Below the pieces are notes generated by a model. It saw only the letters and a program-made list of their open reading frames with translations. It made no database searches and had not been told where the DNA came from. Position numbers and translations under genes: made by a program. Positions 11,575 through 20,327 of a stretch of 49,587 bases of DNA are shown piece by piece. Position 1 is the first letter of the stretch. The number at the start of each line of letters is the position of its first letter. Source of the DNA: Deltaproteobacteria bacterium (GTDB taxonomy: Bacteria; Myxococcota_A; UBA9160; SMWR01); the NCBI GenBank assembly GCA_032128115.1, contig JAQBHB010000077.1:1-49587 (forward strand), written 5' to 3'.

Positions 11575-14004
11575 TCAGGCGGCCGCACGGGCTCGCGGCT
11601 CCAGGGCCAGGGCGAGCGCCTCGTCGATCGTGTCCACCAGCTCGATCTGGAGGTTGTCGAGAACTTCCTCTGGCACGTCCACCAGATCCTTGCGGTTGCG
11701 CCGGGGCAGGATCACGGTCTGGATGCCAGCACGCGCCGCCGCCAGCACCTTGTCCTTGATCCCGCCGACCGGCAGCACGCGCCCCCGAAGCGAAATCTCT
11801 CCGGTCATCGCCACATGTCCATGGGCACGGCGGCCCGACAGCGCCGACACCAGGGCCGTTGCCAGGGTGACGCCGGCCGAGGGCCCATCCTTTGGCACCG
11901 CTCCGGCGGGTACGTGCATGTGGATATCCGACGGGCTGAGCGCATCGGCGGGGATTCCCAGGTGGTCTGCGTTGGCGCGCACCCACGACAGGGCGGCCTC
12001 GGCCGATTCGCGCATCACATCCCCCAGCTGGCCGGTCAGGCGAAGCGAAACACCCTTGCCGCCCCGCAGGGCCGTGGCCTCGATGAACAAGATGTCGCCG
12101 CCGTGGTTCGTGTGCGCGAGCCCCACCACGACGCCGGGCTGGGTCGTGCGTTCGGCGGTTTCGGGCAGGTGCGGAGGGGCGCCCAGGGCCTCCCCGACGA
12201 AGGCCGCGTCCACGACGATCGGCTCGCTCGTGGCCGGGGCATCGCCTGGCGCGGCGCTTGTCCGGCTCATTGCCAGGCGCTTGGCGACCTTGCGCATGAG
12301 ACTCGCAATGTTTCGATCCAGGTTTCGCACGCCCGCTTCACGGGTGTATTCACGCACCGTCTTGTCGATGGCATCGTCGGTCACCTGCACCGCGTCCTCG
12401 GGCAGCCCGTGGGCCTCGAGCTGTTTGGGCACCAGGTGGCGGCGGGCGATCACCATCTTGTCGTTCTCGGTGTATCCGGACAGCTCGATCACCTCCATGC
12501 GGTCCAGCAGCGCCGCCGGAATCGTCGACAACGTGTTGGCGGTGGCGATGAAGAGCACGTGGGAGAGGTCGAACGGCACCTCGATGTAGTGATCGCTGAA
12601 CGCGACGTTCTGCTCCGGGTCGAGAACCTCGAGCAGCGCCGACGAGGGGTCGCCGCGGAAGTCGGCTCCGATCTTGTCGATCTCGTCCAGCAGGAAGATC
12701 GGGTTGCGCGACCCGGCGCGCCGCAGGCTCTGGAGGATGCGGCCGGGCATGGCTCCCACGTAGGTGCGGCGGTGGCCTCGGATCTCCGCTTCGTCGCGCA
12801 CGCCCCCCAGGGAGGCCCGCGCGAACTTCCGGCCCATGGCGCGGGCCACCGAACGGCCGAGGGAGGTCTTGCCGACACCCGGCGGCCCGACGAAGCAGAG
12901 AATGGGACTCTTGGCCTCCGGCGCCAGCTTGCGCACGGCCAGGAACTCGAGGATGCGGTCCTTCACCTTCTCCAGGTCGTGGTGGTCCGCGTCGAGCACC
13001 GCGCGAGCGGCGGGCAGGTCCAGCTTGTCGTCAGTCTCCTTGGACCAGGGCAGCTCCGCCATCCATTCGATGTAGGTGCGGATCAGGTGGCGGTCGGGCG
13101 CGTGCTGGGGCAGGGCAGCCAGCCGTTGCAGTTCGCGCTCGGCCTGGGAGCGGGCGGCCTCGGGCAGGTTCGCCTCTTCGATCTTGACGTGAAGCTCCTC
13201 GGCTTCGCGGATGCTGGCGTCCGACTCGCCGATCTCGCTCTCGATCTCGCGCATGCGGTCGCGCAGCAGTCGTTCGCGCCGCTCGGGTTCCATCTCCTCG
13301 GCCGCCGCCTTCTTGCTCAGCGCCCGCTGGGTCTCGGCGATGGTGACTTCCCGCTCCAGGTGACGTGCGACACGAGTCAGGCGCCGGAATGGATGGGTCT
13401 CCTCCAGCAGCGCGATCTTCTCCTCCGGCGGAAGGGGCAGGGTGGATCCGATCACGTCCGCCATCAGTCCCGGGCTCGGGATTCCCGTTACGAAGGCTTT
13501 CCACTCGTCCGGGTAGTCGTCGTGAAGGTCGATCACCTGCTGCGCGAGCTGGACCACGTGCTTCCACAGGGACTGAAGCTCCGCGGATTCGTCCTTTTCG
13601 TCTTGCAGGGGTTCCAGGCGCATTCGGAGGGCCGGGTCGTTCGCCACCGGCGGGTGCGACAGGCGTGTGCGCACGACCCCCACCACGATCGCCTGCTTCC
13701 CGTCGCGTCGCGCGTCGATGACCCGCAGGACGCGAACCACGCAGGCCACGGGGAAGAGATCGTCGGCCGTGGGATCCTCGCTGGACGCGTCGCGCTGGGT
13801 TGCGACGATCAGGAAGCCACCCTGTCCCGCCTGTTCCAGGGCTGCCAGCGACTTCTCGCGACCAATCGCCAATGGGATGGTCACGCCGGGAAACATCACC
13901 ACGTCGCGTACCGGGAGCACCGGGAGCACGCCGGGCACTTCGACCTCGTCGAGTCCGACGGTAACCCGGGTCGGTTCAGGTGCCTCTTCGTGATCTGCGG
14001 ACAC
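11575..14004 (-). CDS. lon: Lon protease (endopeptidase La)
   Basis: LPVLPVRDVVMFPG, GPPGVGKTS, LLDEIDK, PKDGPSAG, catalytic Lys in GGIKDK; GTG 14004 with GGGGAG RBS. Confidence 0.98.
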   Translation of the reverse strand: MSADHEEAPEPTRVTVGLDEVEVPGVLPVLPVRDVVMFPGVTIPLAIGREKSLAALEQAGQGGFLIVATQRDASSEDPTADDLFPVACVVRVLRVIDARRDGKQAIVVGVVRTRLSHPPVANDPALRMRLEPLQDEKDESAELQSLWKHVVQLAQQVIDLHDDYPDEWKAFVTGIPSPGLMADVIGSTLPLPPEEKIALLEETHPFRRLTRVARHLEREVTIAETQRALSKKAAAEEMEPERRERLLRDRMREIESEIGESDASIREAEELHVKIEEANLPEAARSQAERELQRLAALPQHAPDRHLIRTYIEWMAELPWSKETDDKLDLPAARAVLDADHHDLEKVKDRILEFLAVRKLAPEAKSPILCFVGPPGVGKTSLGRSVARAMGRKFARASLGGVRDEAEIRGHRRTYVGAMPGRILQSLRRAGSRNPIFLLDEIDKIGADFRGDPSSALLEVLDPEQNVAFSDHYIEVPFDLSHVLFIATANTLSTIPAALLDRMEVIELSGYTENDKMVIARRHLVPKQLEAHGLPEDAVQVTDDAIDKTVREYTREAGVRNLDRNIASLMRKVAKRLAMSRTSAAPGDAPATSEPIVVDAAFVGEALGAPPHLPETAERTTQPGVVVGLAHTNHGGDILFIEATALRGGKGVSLRLTGQLGDVMRESAEAALSWVRANADHLGIPADALSPSDIHMHVPAGAVPKDGPSAGVTLATALVSALSGRRAHGHVAMTGEISLRGRVLPVGGIKDKVLAAARAGIQTVILPRRNRKDLVDVPEEVLDNLQIELVDTIDEALALALEPRARAAA

Positions 14005-14030
14005 AGCGCTCCCCGGGTGAGATGGGGACA

Positions 14031-14058
14031 ATCCTAAGCGCGGTGGCGGAGGGGTCAA
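14031..14058 (-). promoter_or_regulatory. Putative sigma70 promoter of lon
   Basis: TTGACC-N16-TAGGAT on the minus strand, ending 27 nt before the GTG. Confidence 0.5.
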
Positions 14059-14103
14059 GGACCCGCCCTGGGCTCGCGTGGCTACTCACGGCGCGGCTAT
14101 TTT

Positions 14104-14162
14104 GACCGGAAACTGATTGATCGGAGACTGGTCGGAGACCGATCGGAGACTGATCGCGAGAT
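14104..14162. repeat. Degenerate 11-bp tandem repeat (GATCGGAGACT) abutting the tRNA 3' end
   Basis: GACCGGAAACT, then GATCGGAGACT, GGTCGGAGACC, GATCGGAGACT, GATCGCGAGAT. Confidence 0.75.
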
Positions 14163-14248
14163 GGTGCCCGGGACTGGAGTCGAACCAGCAAGGCCTTGCG
14201 ACCACTAGATTCTGAGTCTAGCGCGTCTACCAATTCCGCCACCCGGGC
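14162..14248 (-). tRNA. tRNA-Leu(CAG)
   Basis: GCCCGGGTGGCGGAATTGGTAGACGCG, anticodon arm CTAGA-CTCAGAA-TCTAG, long variable arm, GGTTCGACTCC, CCA. Confidence 0.95.
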
Positions 14249-14377
14249 AACCGCGCGGAGACTACGCCGAACCCGGCGTCCGGGCCAGAGGCGAGAGCGT
14301 GGCAGGTGGTTCGACTCGCGCCGGCAGGTGGTTCGGCTCGCGCCGTGAGGCCCTACCCTGGGGCGGGGGGTGTGTGG

Positions 14378-16570
14378 ATGGCACGCGACAAGCGAACGAA
14401 GAAGGGCCCGGGGTCCCGTCGAGCCAGGTCGGATGGGCGCCGCCCGCAACGGGGCCGGCCCCGTGGTGCTCGGCCCGGGATCACACCGGAGGCGGTGCTG
14501 GCGGCCCTGTCGGGTCGCGCGCGCCCGCTGCGCTCGAGCGCGGCAATTCTCAGCCAGATCGGCGCGGCGCGAGGCGCCTCGCGCCTGCTGCGCCCCGTGC
14601 TGCGATCGCTCGAGCGGGCGGGCCGCGTGGAGCGAGTGGGCACTTGTTATCGCCTGACACGGAGAGACGGACTCGTTGAAGGCGTTTTCCAGGTCTCGCG
14701 CAGCGGTGGGCGGGTTCGGGAAGACGACGGAACCGCCTGGCGCGTCGAGGGAGGCGTTCCCGCGCGATCCGGCGACCGCGTGGTGCTGCAGCCGACGGAC
14801 GGGCGGGCTGTGCATCGGGGTCAGGTGCTTGGCGTGCTCAACGGGGCGCGTACAACCCGGATCGGGATCGTGCGCGCAAGCCACGGCACGGCCTTCGCGA
14901 CGCCCTACCGCGACGAGGTGGACTGGCGCGTCCCGCTGGCCCACCACGAACTCGGCGGCGCCCGCGACGGCGATGTGGTGGTGCTGGTGCCGGTGGCTGG
15001 CGAGGCCTTCGAACCGGGGAAGGCTGCACGCGCCCGGGTTGTGGAGGTGCTGGGGCCGCCGGGGGCGCCGGAGGCCGACTTCCGCGCCGTGGCGTGGCAT
15101 CGCCGCCTGCCGCTGGAGTTTCCGGATGCCGTGCTGCGGGCAGCCGACGCGCTCTCCGACGAACCCGGTCCGGATGAGATCGCCCGAAGAGTCGATCTTC
15201 GCGAACGCGGCTTCGTTACGATCGATCCGGAGTCGGCGCGAGACCACGACGATGCCCTGTGTGTCGAGGAGGATCCGGGCGGACGCGTGCGACTGCAGGT
15301 GGCCATCGCTGACGTTTCCCATTTCGTGAGCGAAAATTCGCCCATCGACGCCGAAGCCTTGCGTCGCGGTGTGAGTGTCTATTTTCCCGATCGCGCCATC
15401 CCAATGCTTCCGGAGCGGCTCTCTTCCGATCTCTGCTCGCTCCGTCCTGAGCAGGACCGGCTCGCCGTGGTGGTGGAGCTGGATCTCGATGCGCGAGGTC
15501 GGGTTCAACGCCGCAGCTTCTTTCCGGCGGTGATCCGCAGCCGCGCGCGTCTTTCGTACGAGGAGGCCGATCGCGCCATGCGCGCACGCTCGGCCCACCC
15601 GGCCGGCACCGCGGTGGCCCGCCAGCTCCGGCTCCTGGGGCGCCTCGCCCGAACACTGCGGCGCCGGCGTGCGCCCGGGTCCGTCGACTTCGAGCTTCCT
15701 TCTGCCGAGATCAGGTTGGACGAGACCGGGCGCCCCACCGCGATCGCGCCGGCCGCCCGCACCCTGGCGCATCGCGCCGTCGAGGAGTGCATGCTGGCGG
15801 CCAATCGTGCCGTCGCCGAGGCCCTGGAGGAAGATGGGGGCCCCGCCCTGTATCGGAACCACGAGCCGCCGGCCCCCGAGGACGCAGAGGCACTGCAGGA
15901 TCTGCTGCAGGGCTTTGGGCTGCTGGAAACGCGCCGCCCCGCCGGGCTCGAGTCCGCCGATCTGTCGCGCGCCCTTTCGCGCGTGCGCGGCCGTCCGGAG
16001 GAAACCCTGGTCAACCGTGTGGCGCTGCGCAGCATGCGCCAGGCGCGATACGAGGTGGACAGTCGCGGCCACTACGCGCTGGCCTTCGCGCACTACACCC
16101 ACTTCACGTCGCCGATCCGACGCTACGCCGATCTGTTGGTGCACCGGGTTCTGAAGGGGCAGTTGGGTGAGGTCGTTTCCCGGCCGTTGGATTCCGATCG
16201 GGCGCGTGCGGTCGCGAGTCGGGTCTCGTGGCGAGAACGCGTGGCGATGCAGGCGGAACGCGACATGGACAGTCTGAAGAAATGCGAGTTCATGTCTTCA
16301 CGGGTGGGCGAGGAGTATCCGGGGAGTGTCTCCGGGGTCGCACGTCACGGTCTCTACGTGACCCTGGACGGCTGGTTCGTGGAGGGATTGGTCCACGTGT
16401 CGAGCCTGTCGGGCAGCTACCGCCTGGACGAGAAGGCGTTCGCTCTGGTGCCGCGCGGATCGGGTCCGCGCTACCGCCTGGGCGATCGACTCAAGGTGCG
16501 CGTGGATTCCGTGGACCGGATCGCTGCTCACGTGGATTTCTCCCCCGTGCGCGACCGGGGCGGGCCCTAG
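14378..16570 (+). CDS. rnr: Ribonuclease R (RNB family)
   Basis: TIDPESARDHDDA, IADVSHFV, SVYFPDRAIPMLP, YTHFTSPIRRYADL, C-terminal S1 (EGLVHVS). Confidence 0.93.
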   Translation: MARDKRTKKGPGSRRARSDGRRPQRGRPRGARPGITPEAVLAALSGRARPLRSSAAILSQIGAARGASRLLRPVLRSLERAGRVERVGTCYRLTRRDGLVEGVFQVSRSGGRVREDDGTAWRVEGGVPARSGDRVVLQPTDGRAVHRGQVLGVLNGARTTRIGIVRASHGTAFATPYRDEVDWRVPLAHHELGGARDGDVVVLVPVAGEAFEPGKAARARVVEVLGPPGAPEADFRAVAWHRRLPLEFPDAVLRAADALSDEPGPDEIARRVDLRERGFVTIDPESARDHDDALCVEEDPGGRVRLQVAIADVSHFVSENSPIDAEALRRGVSVYFPDRAIPMLPERLSSDLCSLRPEQDRLAVVVELDLDARGRVQRRSFFPAVIRSRARLSYEEADRAMRARSAHPAGTAVARQLRLLGRLARTLRRRRAPGSVDFELPSAEIRLDETGRPTAIAPAARTLAHRAVEECMLAANRAVAEALEEDGGPALYRNHEPPAPEDAEALQDLLQGFGLLETRRPAGLESADLSRALSRVRGRPEETLVNRVALRSMRQARYEVDSRGHYALAFAHYTHFTSPIRRYADLLVHRVLKGQLGEVVSRPLDSDRARAVASRVSWRERVAMQAERDMDSLKKCEFMSSRVGEEYPGSVSGVARHGLYVTLDGWFVEGLVHVSSLSGSYRLDEKAFALVPRGSGPRYRLGDRLKVRVDSVDRIAAHVDFSPVRDRGGP

Positions 16571-17694
16571 AGGGCTTCCAGAAGTCGGTCGATCTCCGAT
16601 TCGTCGTTGTAGAAATGGGGCGAGGCGCGCACACCGCCCCGGCGCACCACCACGAAGATCCCCTGGGAGGCCAGGCGCGCGGCGGTCACGGCCGGGGCCT
16701 CCTCGGGAAGCGTAAACGACACGATGCCCGACGCGCTGCCGTCCTGGCGCGGACTCAGGATGCGGGCGTCGCGCCCGACGAGGCCCTGGACCAGACGATC
16801 CGTGAGGTCGAGAACCCGTTTCGCGATGTCTTCGACCCCCAGCTCCAGGATCAGGTCGATCGCCGCGCCCAGCGCGAAGATGCCCGGGGTGTTTGGCGTT
16901 CCCTCTTCGAAGCGACCGGCGCTGGGTTGCAGTTCGGTGTGGTATTCGTCGTAGTTCGCGTTGTCGGTCACGCTGCGCCAGCCGACGATACGGGGAGTCA
17001 CCCGCTCGAGCACACGCTCGGCGCAGTAGAAGATTCCGCACCCCTCCACAGACAACATCCATTTGTGTCCGTCGGCGGCCAGGAAGTCGATGCCGCAGCG
17101 ATTCACGTCCAGGGGCAGACACCCCAGGCTCTGGATCGCGTCCACGCAGAAGAGCACGCCGCGTTCCCGGCACAGGCGCCCCAGGGCCATGAGATCGTTG
17201 CGCGCCCCGTTGCCGTACTCCACGGACGAGACCGAGAGCAGGCGCGCGCGGGGATTGCGCAGGGCTTCGTCCACGCGTTCCAGCGGCAGCTGGCCGTCGC
17301 GGCTGGCCAGCATGGTGGTCTCCACCCCCTGACGCTTCAGCGCCCACCAGGGGTAGACGTTCGAGGGGTACTCCAGGTCGCAGATCACCACACGATCGCC
17401 GCGCTGCCAGTCCAGCCCGGCGGCCACCAGGCCCAGGCCCTCCGTGGTGTTCTTGACGAAGGCGATCTCCTCGACCCGGGCGCCCAATAGCTCGGCGGCG
17501 CGAGAGCGTGTGCGTTCGATCTCGCTGTCGTAGGCGCGGGCGTAATGGCGAGCGCCCTGGCGCGTGGCCTCGGCCGCATAGCGATGCAGGGCGTCCTCGA
17601 CACGGGTCGAGATCGGCGCCACACCGGCGTGATTCAGGTAGACCATCTCGCGTGTCACCGGGAAGAAACTGCGCGCGCGGCGCCAGCGGCTCAT
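16567..17694 (-). CDS. Class V PLP-dependent aminotransferase-family enzyme
   Basis: YLNHAGVAP, NTTEG, DAIQ, GHKW (PLP Lys), RFEEGT, VRASPHFYN; no SufS/IscS catalytic Cys loop. Confidence 0.88.
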   Translation of the reverse strand: MSRWRRARSFFPVTREMVYLNHAGVAPISTRVEDALHRYAAEATRQGARHYARAYDSEIERTRSRAAELLGARVEEIAFVKNTTEGLGLVAAGLDWQRGDRVVICDLEYPSNVYPWWALKRQGVETTMLASRDGQLPLERVDEALRNPRARLLSVSSVEYGNGARNDLMALGRLCRERGVLFCVDAIQSLGCLPLDVNRCGIDFLAADGHKWMLSVEGCGIFYCAERVLERVTPRIVGWRSVTDNANYDEYHTELQPSAGRFEEGTPNTPGIFALGAAIDLILELGVEDIAKRVLDLTDRLVQGLVGRDARILSPRQDGSASGIVSFTLPEEAPAVTAARLASQGIFVVVRRGGVRASPHFYNDESEIDRLLEAL

Positions 17695-17705
17695 GGCGAA
17701 TCCGC

Positions 17706-18110
17706 TCAGCGACCGGCGAGGATCGAGGAGGGCGGGCGCAGGGCGAGGAGGCTGCCACCAAGCACGTAGAGGAGCCCCGTGGTTTGCGGGCCACCGCTCC
17801 CGGCCAGGGCCACGCCGGCGGCGCCCACTCCGAGGGCCAGGACGAGACTGGCCAGCACCAGGATCACCTGACGCCGGCCAGCCGCCGCGGGAGCGGCCCG
17901 GCGCGCGAGAATCGATCCCAGGGCCAACACCATCGCGGCGGTGTAGGTGGCCGAGTTTGCCGTCGCCTGCGTGGCCTCGCTGCTGCCCGTGGTGGCTACC
18001 ACCAATGCGCACACGGCCAGGCCGGCCAGTACGCTTCGGTGCACCCGGCGCAGCGACGTGTTCAACTCGGATCCGGGCTGCTGGGATTGGCGCTGCGGGG
18101 TATCGCTCAT
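17706..18110 (-). CDS. Hypothetical membrane protein (about 4 TM)
   Basis: 134-aa ORF with four hydrophobic stretches, 11 nt upstream of the aminotransferase, no strong competing ORF. Confidence 0.6.
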   Translation of the reverse strand: MSDTPQRQSQQPGSELNTSLRRVHRSVLAGLAVCALVVATTGSSEATQATANSATYTAAMVLALGSILARRAAPAAAGRRQVILVLASLVLALGVGAAGVALAGSGGPQTTGLLYVLGGSLLALRPPSSILAGR

Positions 18111-18206
18111 GAACCGACCCGATGGTTTGGCGCCAGCGTAGCCGCCGCTCGAGGGCCGGGCGAATGCTTGTGGGGTACGCGGGGGTCCTGCATGCTTCGC
18201 GGCGCC

Positions 18207-18656
18207 ATGCGGCTGTCACTCCAGGTCCGATACGCGATCTGCGGAGTCTTCGATCTGGCCTACAACGACCGGGGAGAACCGATCCAGGTGCGGATGATCA
18301 GCGAACGCCAGGAGATTCCCGTCCGCTACCTGGAACAGATCTTCCAGAAGCTGCGGCGGGCCGATCTGGTGGCCAGCAAACGCGGGCCGGGCGGGGGCTA
18401 TCGCCTGGCACGACCCGCGTCCGCAATCACCCTGCGGGAGGTGCTGGAAGGCGTGGAAGGCCCTCTGGCGTGGTTCGCCCTCGGCGACCCGGCCGCGGTT
18501 CCCAAGACCGCCTTCGGGCCCGACTTCCTGTGGCCGGACCTGGCCGAGCGCTTCGGCGGGCTTCTCGAGGAGACCACCCTGGAGGCTCTCTGCCACCAGG
18601 CGGCCCGCCATCAGGTCCGGCAGGTGGACCCGGAAGGGCCCATGTACTTCATCTGA
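18207..18656 (+). CDS. Rrf2-family regulator (CymR-like)
   Basis: YLEQIFQKLRRADLVASKRGPGGGYRLA wHTH; lacks the IscR Cys triad; ends MYFI. Confidence 0.9.
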   Translation: MRLSLQVRYAICGVFDLAYNDRGEPIQVRMISERQEIPVRYLEQIFQKLRRADLVASKRGPGGGYRLARPASAITLREVLEGVEGPLAWFALGDPAAVPKTAFGPDFLWPDLAERFGGLLEETTLEALCHQAARHQVRQVDPEGPMYFI

Positions 18657-18756
18657 GAGGGCCGGTTGGGGCCTCAGTGGGTCGCTGGCCAAAGACGTGT
18701 CGCAGGATCGCGGAGTGTCACGTAGACTCGGCCCTCCGGCGGCGGAGTGGAGCGCG

Positions 18757-19260
18757 GTGCCCAGACGCATCGAAGTCAACGACACGCTACCCGCCGTCGC
18801 GGTTCCGGGGCCGATCGTCCAGGAACTGATGCTCCACGCGCGAGAGGCGGATCCCGAAGAATGCTGCGGACTCGTGGTCGGCGGCAGCGACACGCGTTAC
18901 CTGCGGACGGTTCGCTGCACCAACATCATGACCCGGATGCACAAGAACGATCCGACGCTCTACCCGCGGAATGCACACCAGGCGTTCTACATCGACCCGA
19001 AGGAATGGTTCTTCATCCGGGAGCAGGCCGAGAAGCAGGGGGAACGCGTGACTGCCGTCTACCACTCCCACGTGGGCGTGGGCGCCTATCTCTCGGCCGA
19101 GGATCTGGAGCACGCGGAGAGCGCCATGTTCCCCTTCGAGAACGCGGACCAGATCGTGATTGCGGTGGCCAATCGGAAGGTGGACGCGCTGGCCCTGTTC
19201 CGGTGGGACACGGCACGCCATCTCTTCGTGGGACATCGCGTCGACTCGGCGATCGATTGA
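18757..19260 (+). CDS. JAB/MPN (M67) metallopeptidase, Mec-like
   Basis: PEECCG, YHSH-x7-SAED JAMM motif; GTG 18757 after GGAG. Confidence 0.88.
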   Translation: MPRRIEVNDTLPAVAVPGPIVQELMLHAREADPEECCGLVVGGSDTRYLRTVRCTNIMTRMHKNDPTLYPRNAHQAFYIDPKEWFFIREQAEKQGERVTAVYHSHVGVGAYLSAEDLEHAESAMFPFENADQIVIAVANRKVDALALFRWDTARHLFVGHRVDSAID

Positions 19261-20273
19261 GGCGGATCCTGATCGCGGCGATCGCTGCGCTCGAAGTCGC
19301 GGGCCCGATCGCATGTCAGAGCGCCGGCGTCCCCACCGCGGCGCTGCCGGACGACTCCATTGCCCTGGTCTATCGCGAACCGGAGTTGGCGCGGCGGCGC
19401 GCCGAGCGGCTGCTGGACGAGCAGGATCCGCAGGAACCGCACGAGGGTGTGGCGCAGGTGGGTCGCATCGCCGACTACGTCTCCGAGATCACGGGATCCC
19501 GCGACAGTCGCACGTTCGAGGCGCGCTTCGCCGGCGAGTTGGCTCTGCTCCAGCCCCGAACCGGGGAGCTGACGCCGGTGAGGGCCGTGGTGCGCGGCGC
19601 GATTCCCCTCGCATGGTCGCCGGATCATTCGCGATTGCTGTTCACCCAGCCGGTCGGGGGTCGGCTCCAGATCTTCGAGTGGGACATGGCCCGCGACCAG
19701 ATCCAGCAGATCACCATGGGGCCGGCCGCCCACCCACGCGGTTGCTACGGGCCCGACCGACGCTACGTGGTGATGGCCGTCGAGGGGGGGTCCGATGGGC
19801 CCCGGGCGACGATCCGGCTCACCGCTCCGGGCGGAGGCGGCGGAGAGAGCCTCTCGATCGGTGCCGCCTCGCACAGCCCGGCCTGTGCGCCAGACGGAAG
19901 CGCCGTTGCCTGGGTGGCGCCTGGATCCCGGGGAGAGCGGGTGGTGGTGCGGTCGCCGGCCACGTCGGGGCCCGTGCGCGACCTGGCCCCGGGGCGGGAT
20001 CCCACCTTTACGCCCGATGGGCACTGGCTGGTCTACAGCGCCCCGATGGCTGGCTCGTGGAAGCTGTTCCGGATCCGACCCGATGGAACCGGCCGGGCCC
20101 GGATCGGGAACGGGGCGCTCGAGGAGCAGAGACCGGCGATTTCGCCCGATGGGCGCTATGTCGTATACCTCTCCGAGCTCGGCCCCCGCGAGCGCCTGTA
20201 TCTGCGGCGTTTCGACGGGACGGGCGACCGACTCCTCTTCCGGGACGGCGACGGCGCGTATCCGGTCTGGTGA
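19257..20273 (+). CDS. TolB-like PD40 beta-propeller protein, probable lipoprotein
   Basis: WSPD, PTFTPDG, PAISPDG repeats; signal-like N-terminus with IACQS; TTG start overlapping the JAB stop. Confidence 0.75.
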   Translation: MRRILIAAIAALEVAGPIACQSAGVPTAALPDDSIALVYREPELARRRAERLLDEQDPQEPHEGVAQVGRIADYVSEITGSRDSRTFEARFAGELALLQPRTGELTPVRAVVRGAIPLAWSPDHSRLLFTQPVGGRLQIFEWDMARDQIQQITMGPAAHPRGCYGPDRRYVVMAVEGGSDGPRATIRLTAPGGGGGESLSIGAASHSPACAPDGSAVAWVAPGSRGERVVVRSPATSGPVRDLAPGRDPTFTPDGHWLVYSAPMAGSWKLFRIRPDGTGRARIGNGALEEQRPAISPDGRYVVYLSELGPRERLYLRRFDGTGDRLLFRDGDGAYPVW

Positions 20274-20327
20274 TTTGCACGAAGTGCCGACGTCGCGTGA
20301 CACGCGCGTCTGGTGAAAGGGATGACC

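Noticed and set aside
14005..14058. TTG start for lon at 14058 and a sigma32 promoter (CTTGA...CCCCAT)
   Set aside because: The TTG is the -35 of a sigma70-like promoter; CTTGA to CCCCAT spacing is far too long for sigma32.
14104..14162. CRISPR array
   Set aside because: Units are 11 bp with no spacers; no cas genes in the window.
16567..18656. IscR/SufS Fe-S cluster locus
   Set aside because: Rrf2 lacks the Cys triad and the PLP enzyme lacks the catalytic Cys loop; no isc/suf genes nearby.
18757..19260. JAB domain as CBASS or ubiquitin-like antiphage component
   Set aside because: No CD-NTase, E1/E2 or Ubl gene adjacent; context (Rrf2, sat) points to sulfur metabolism.
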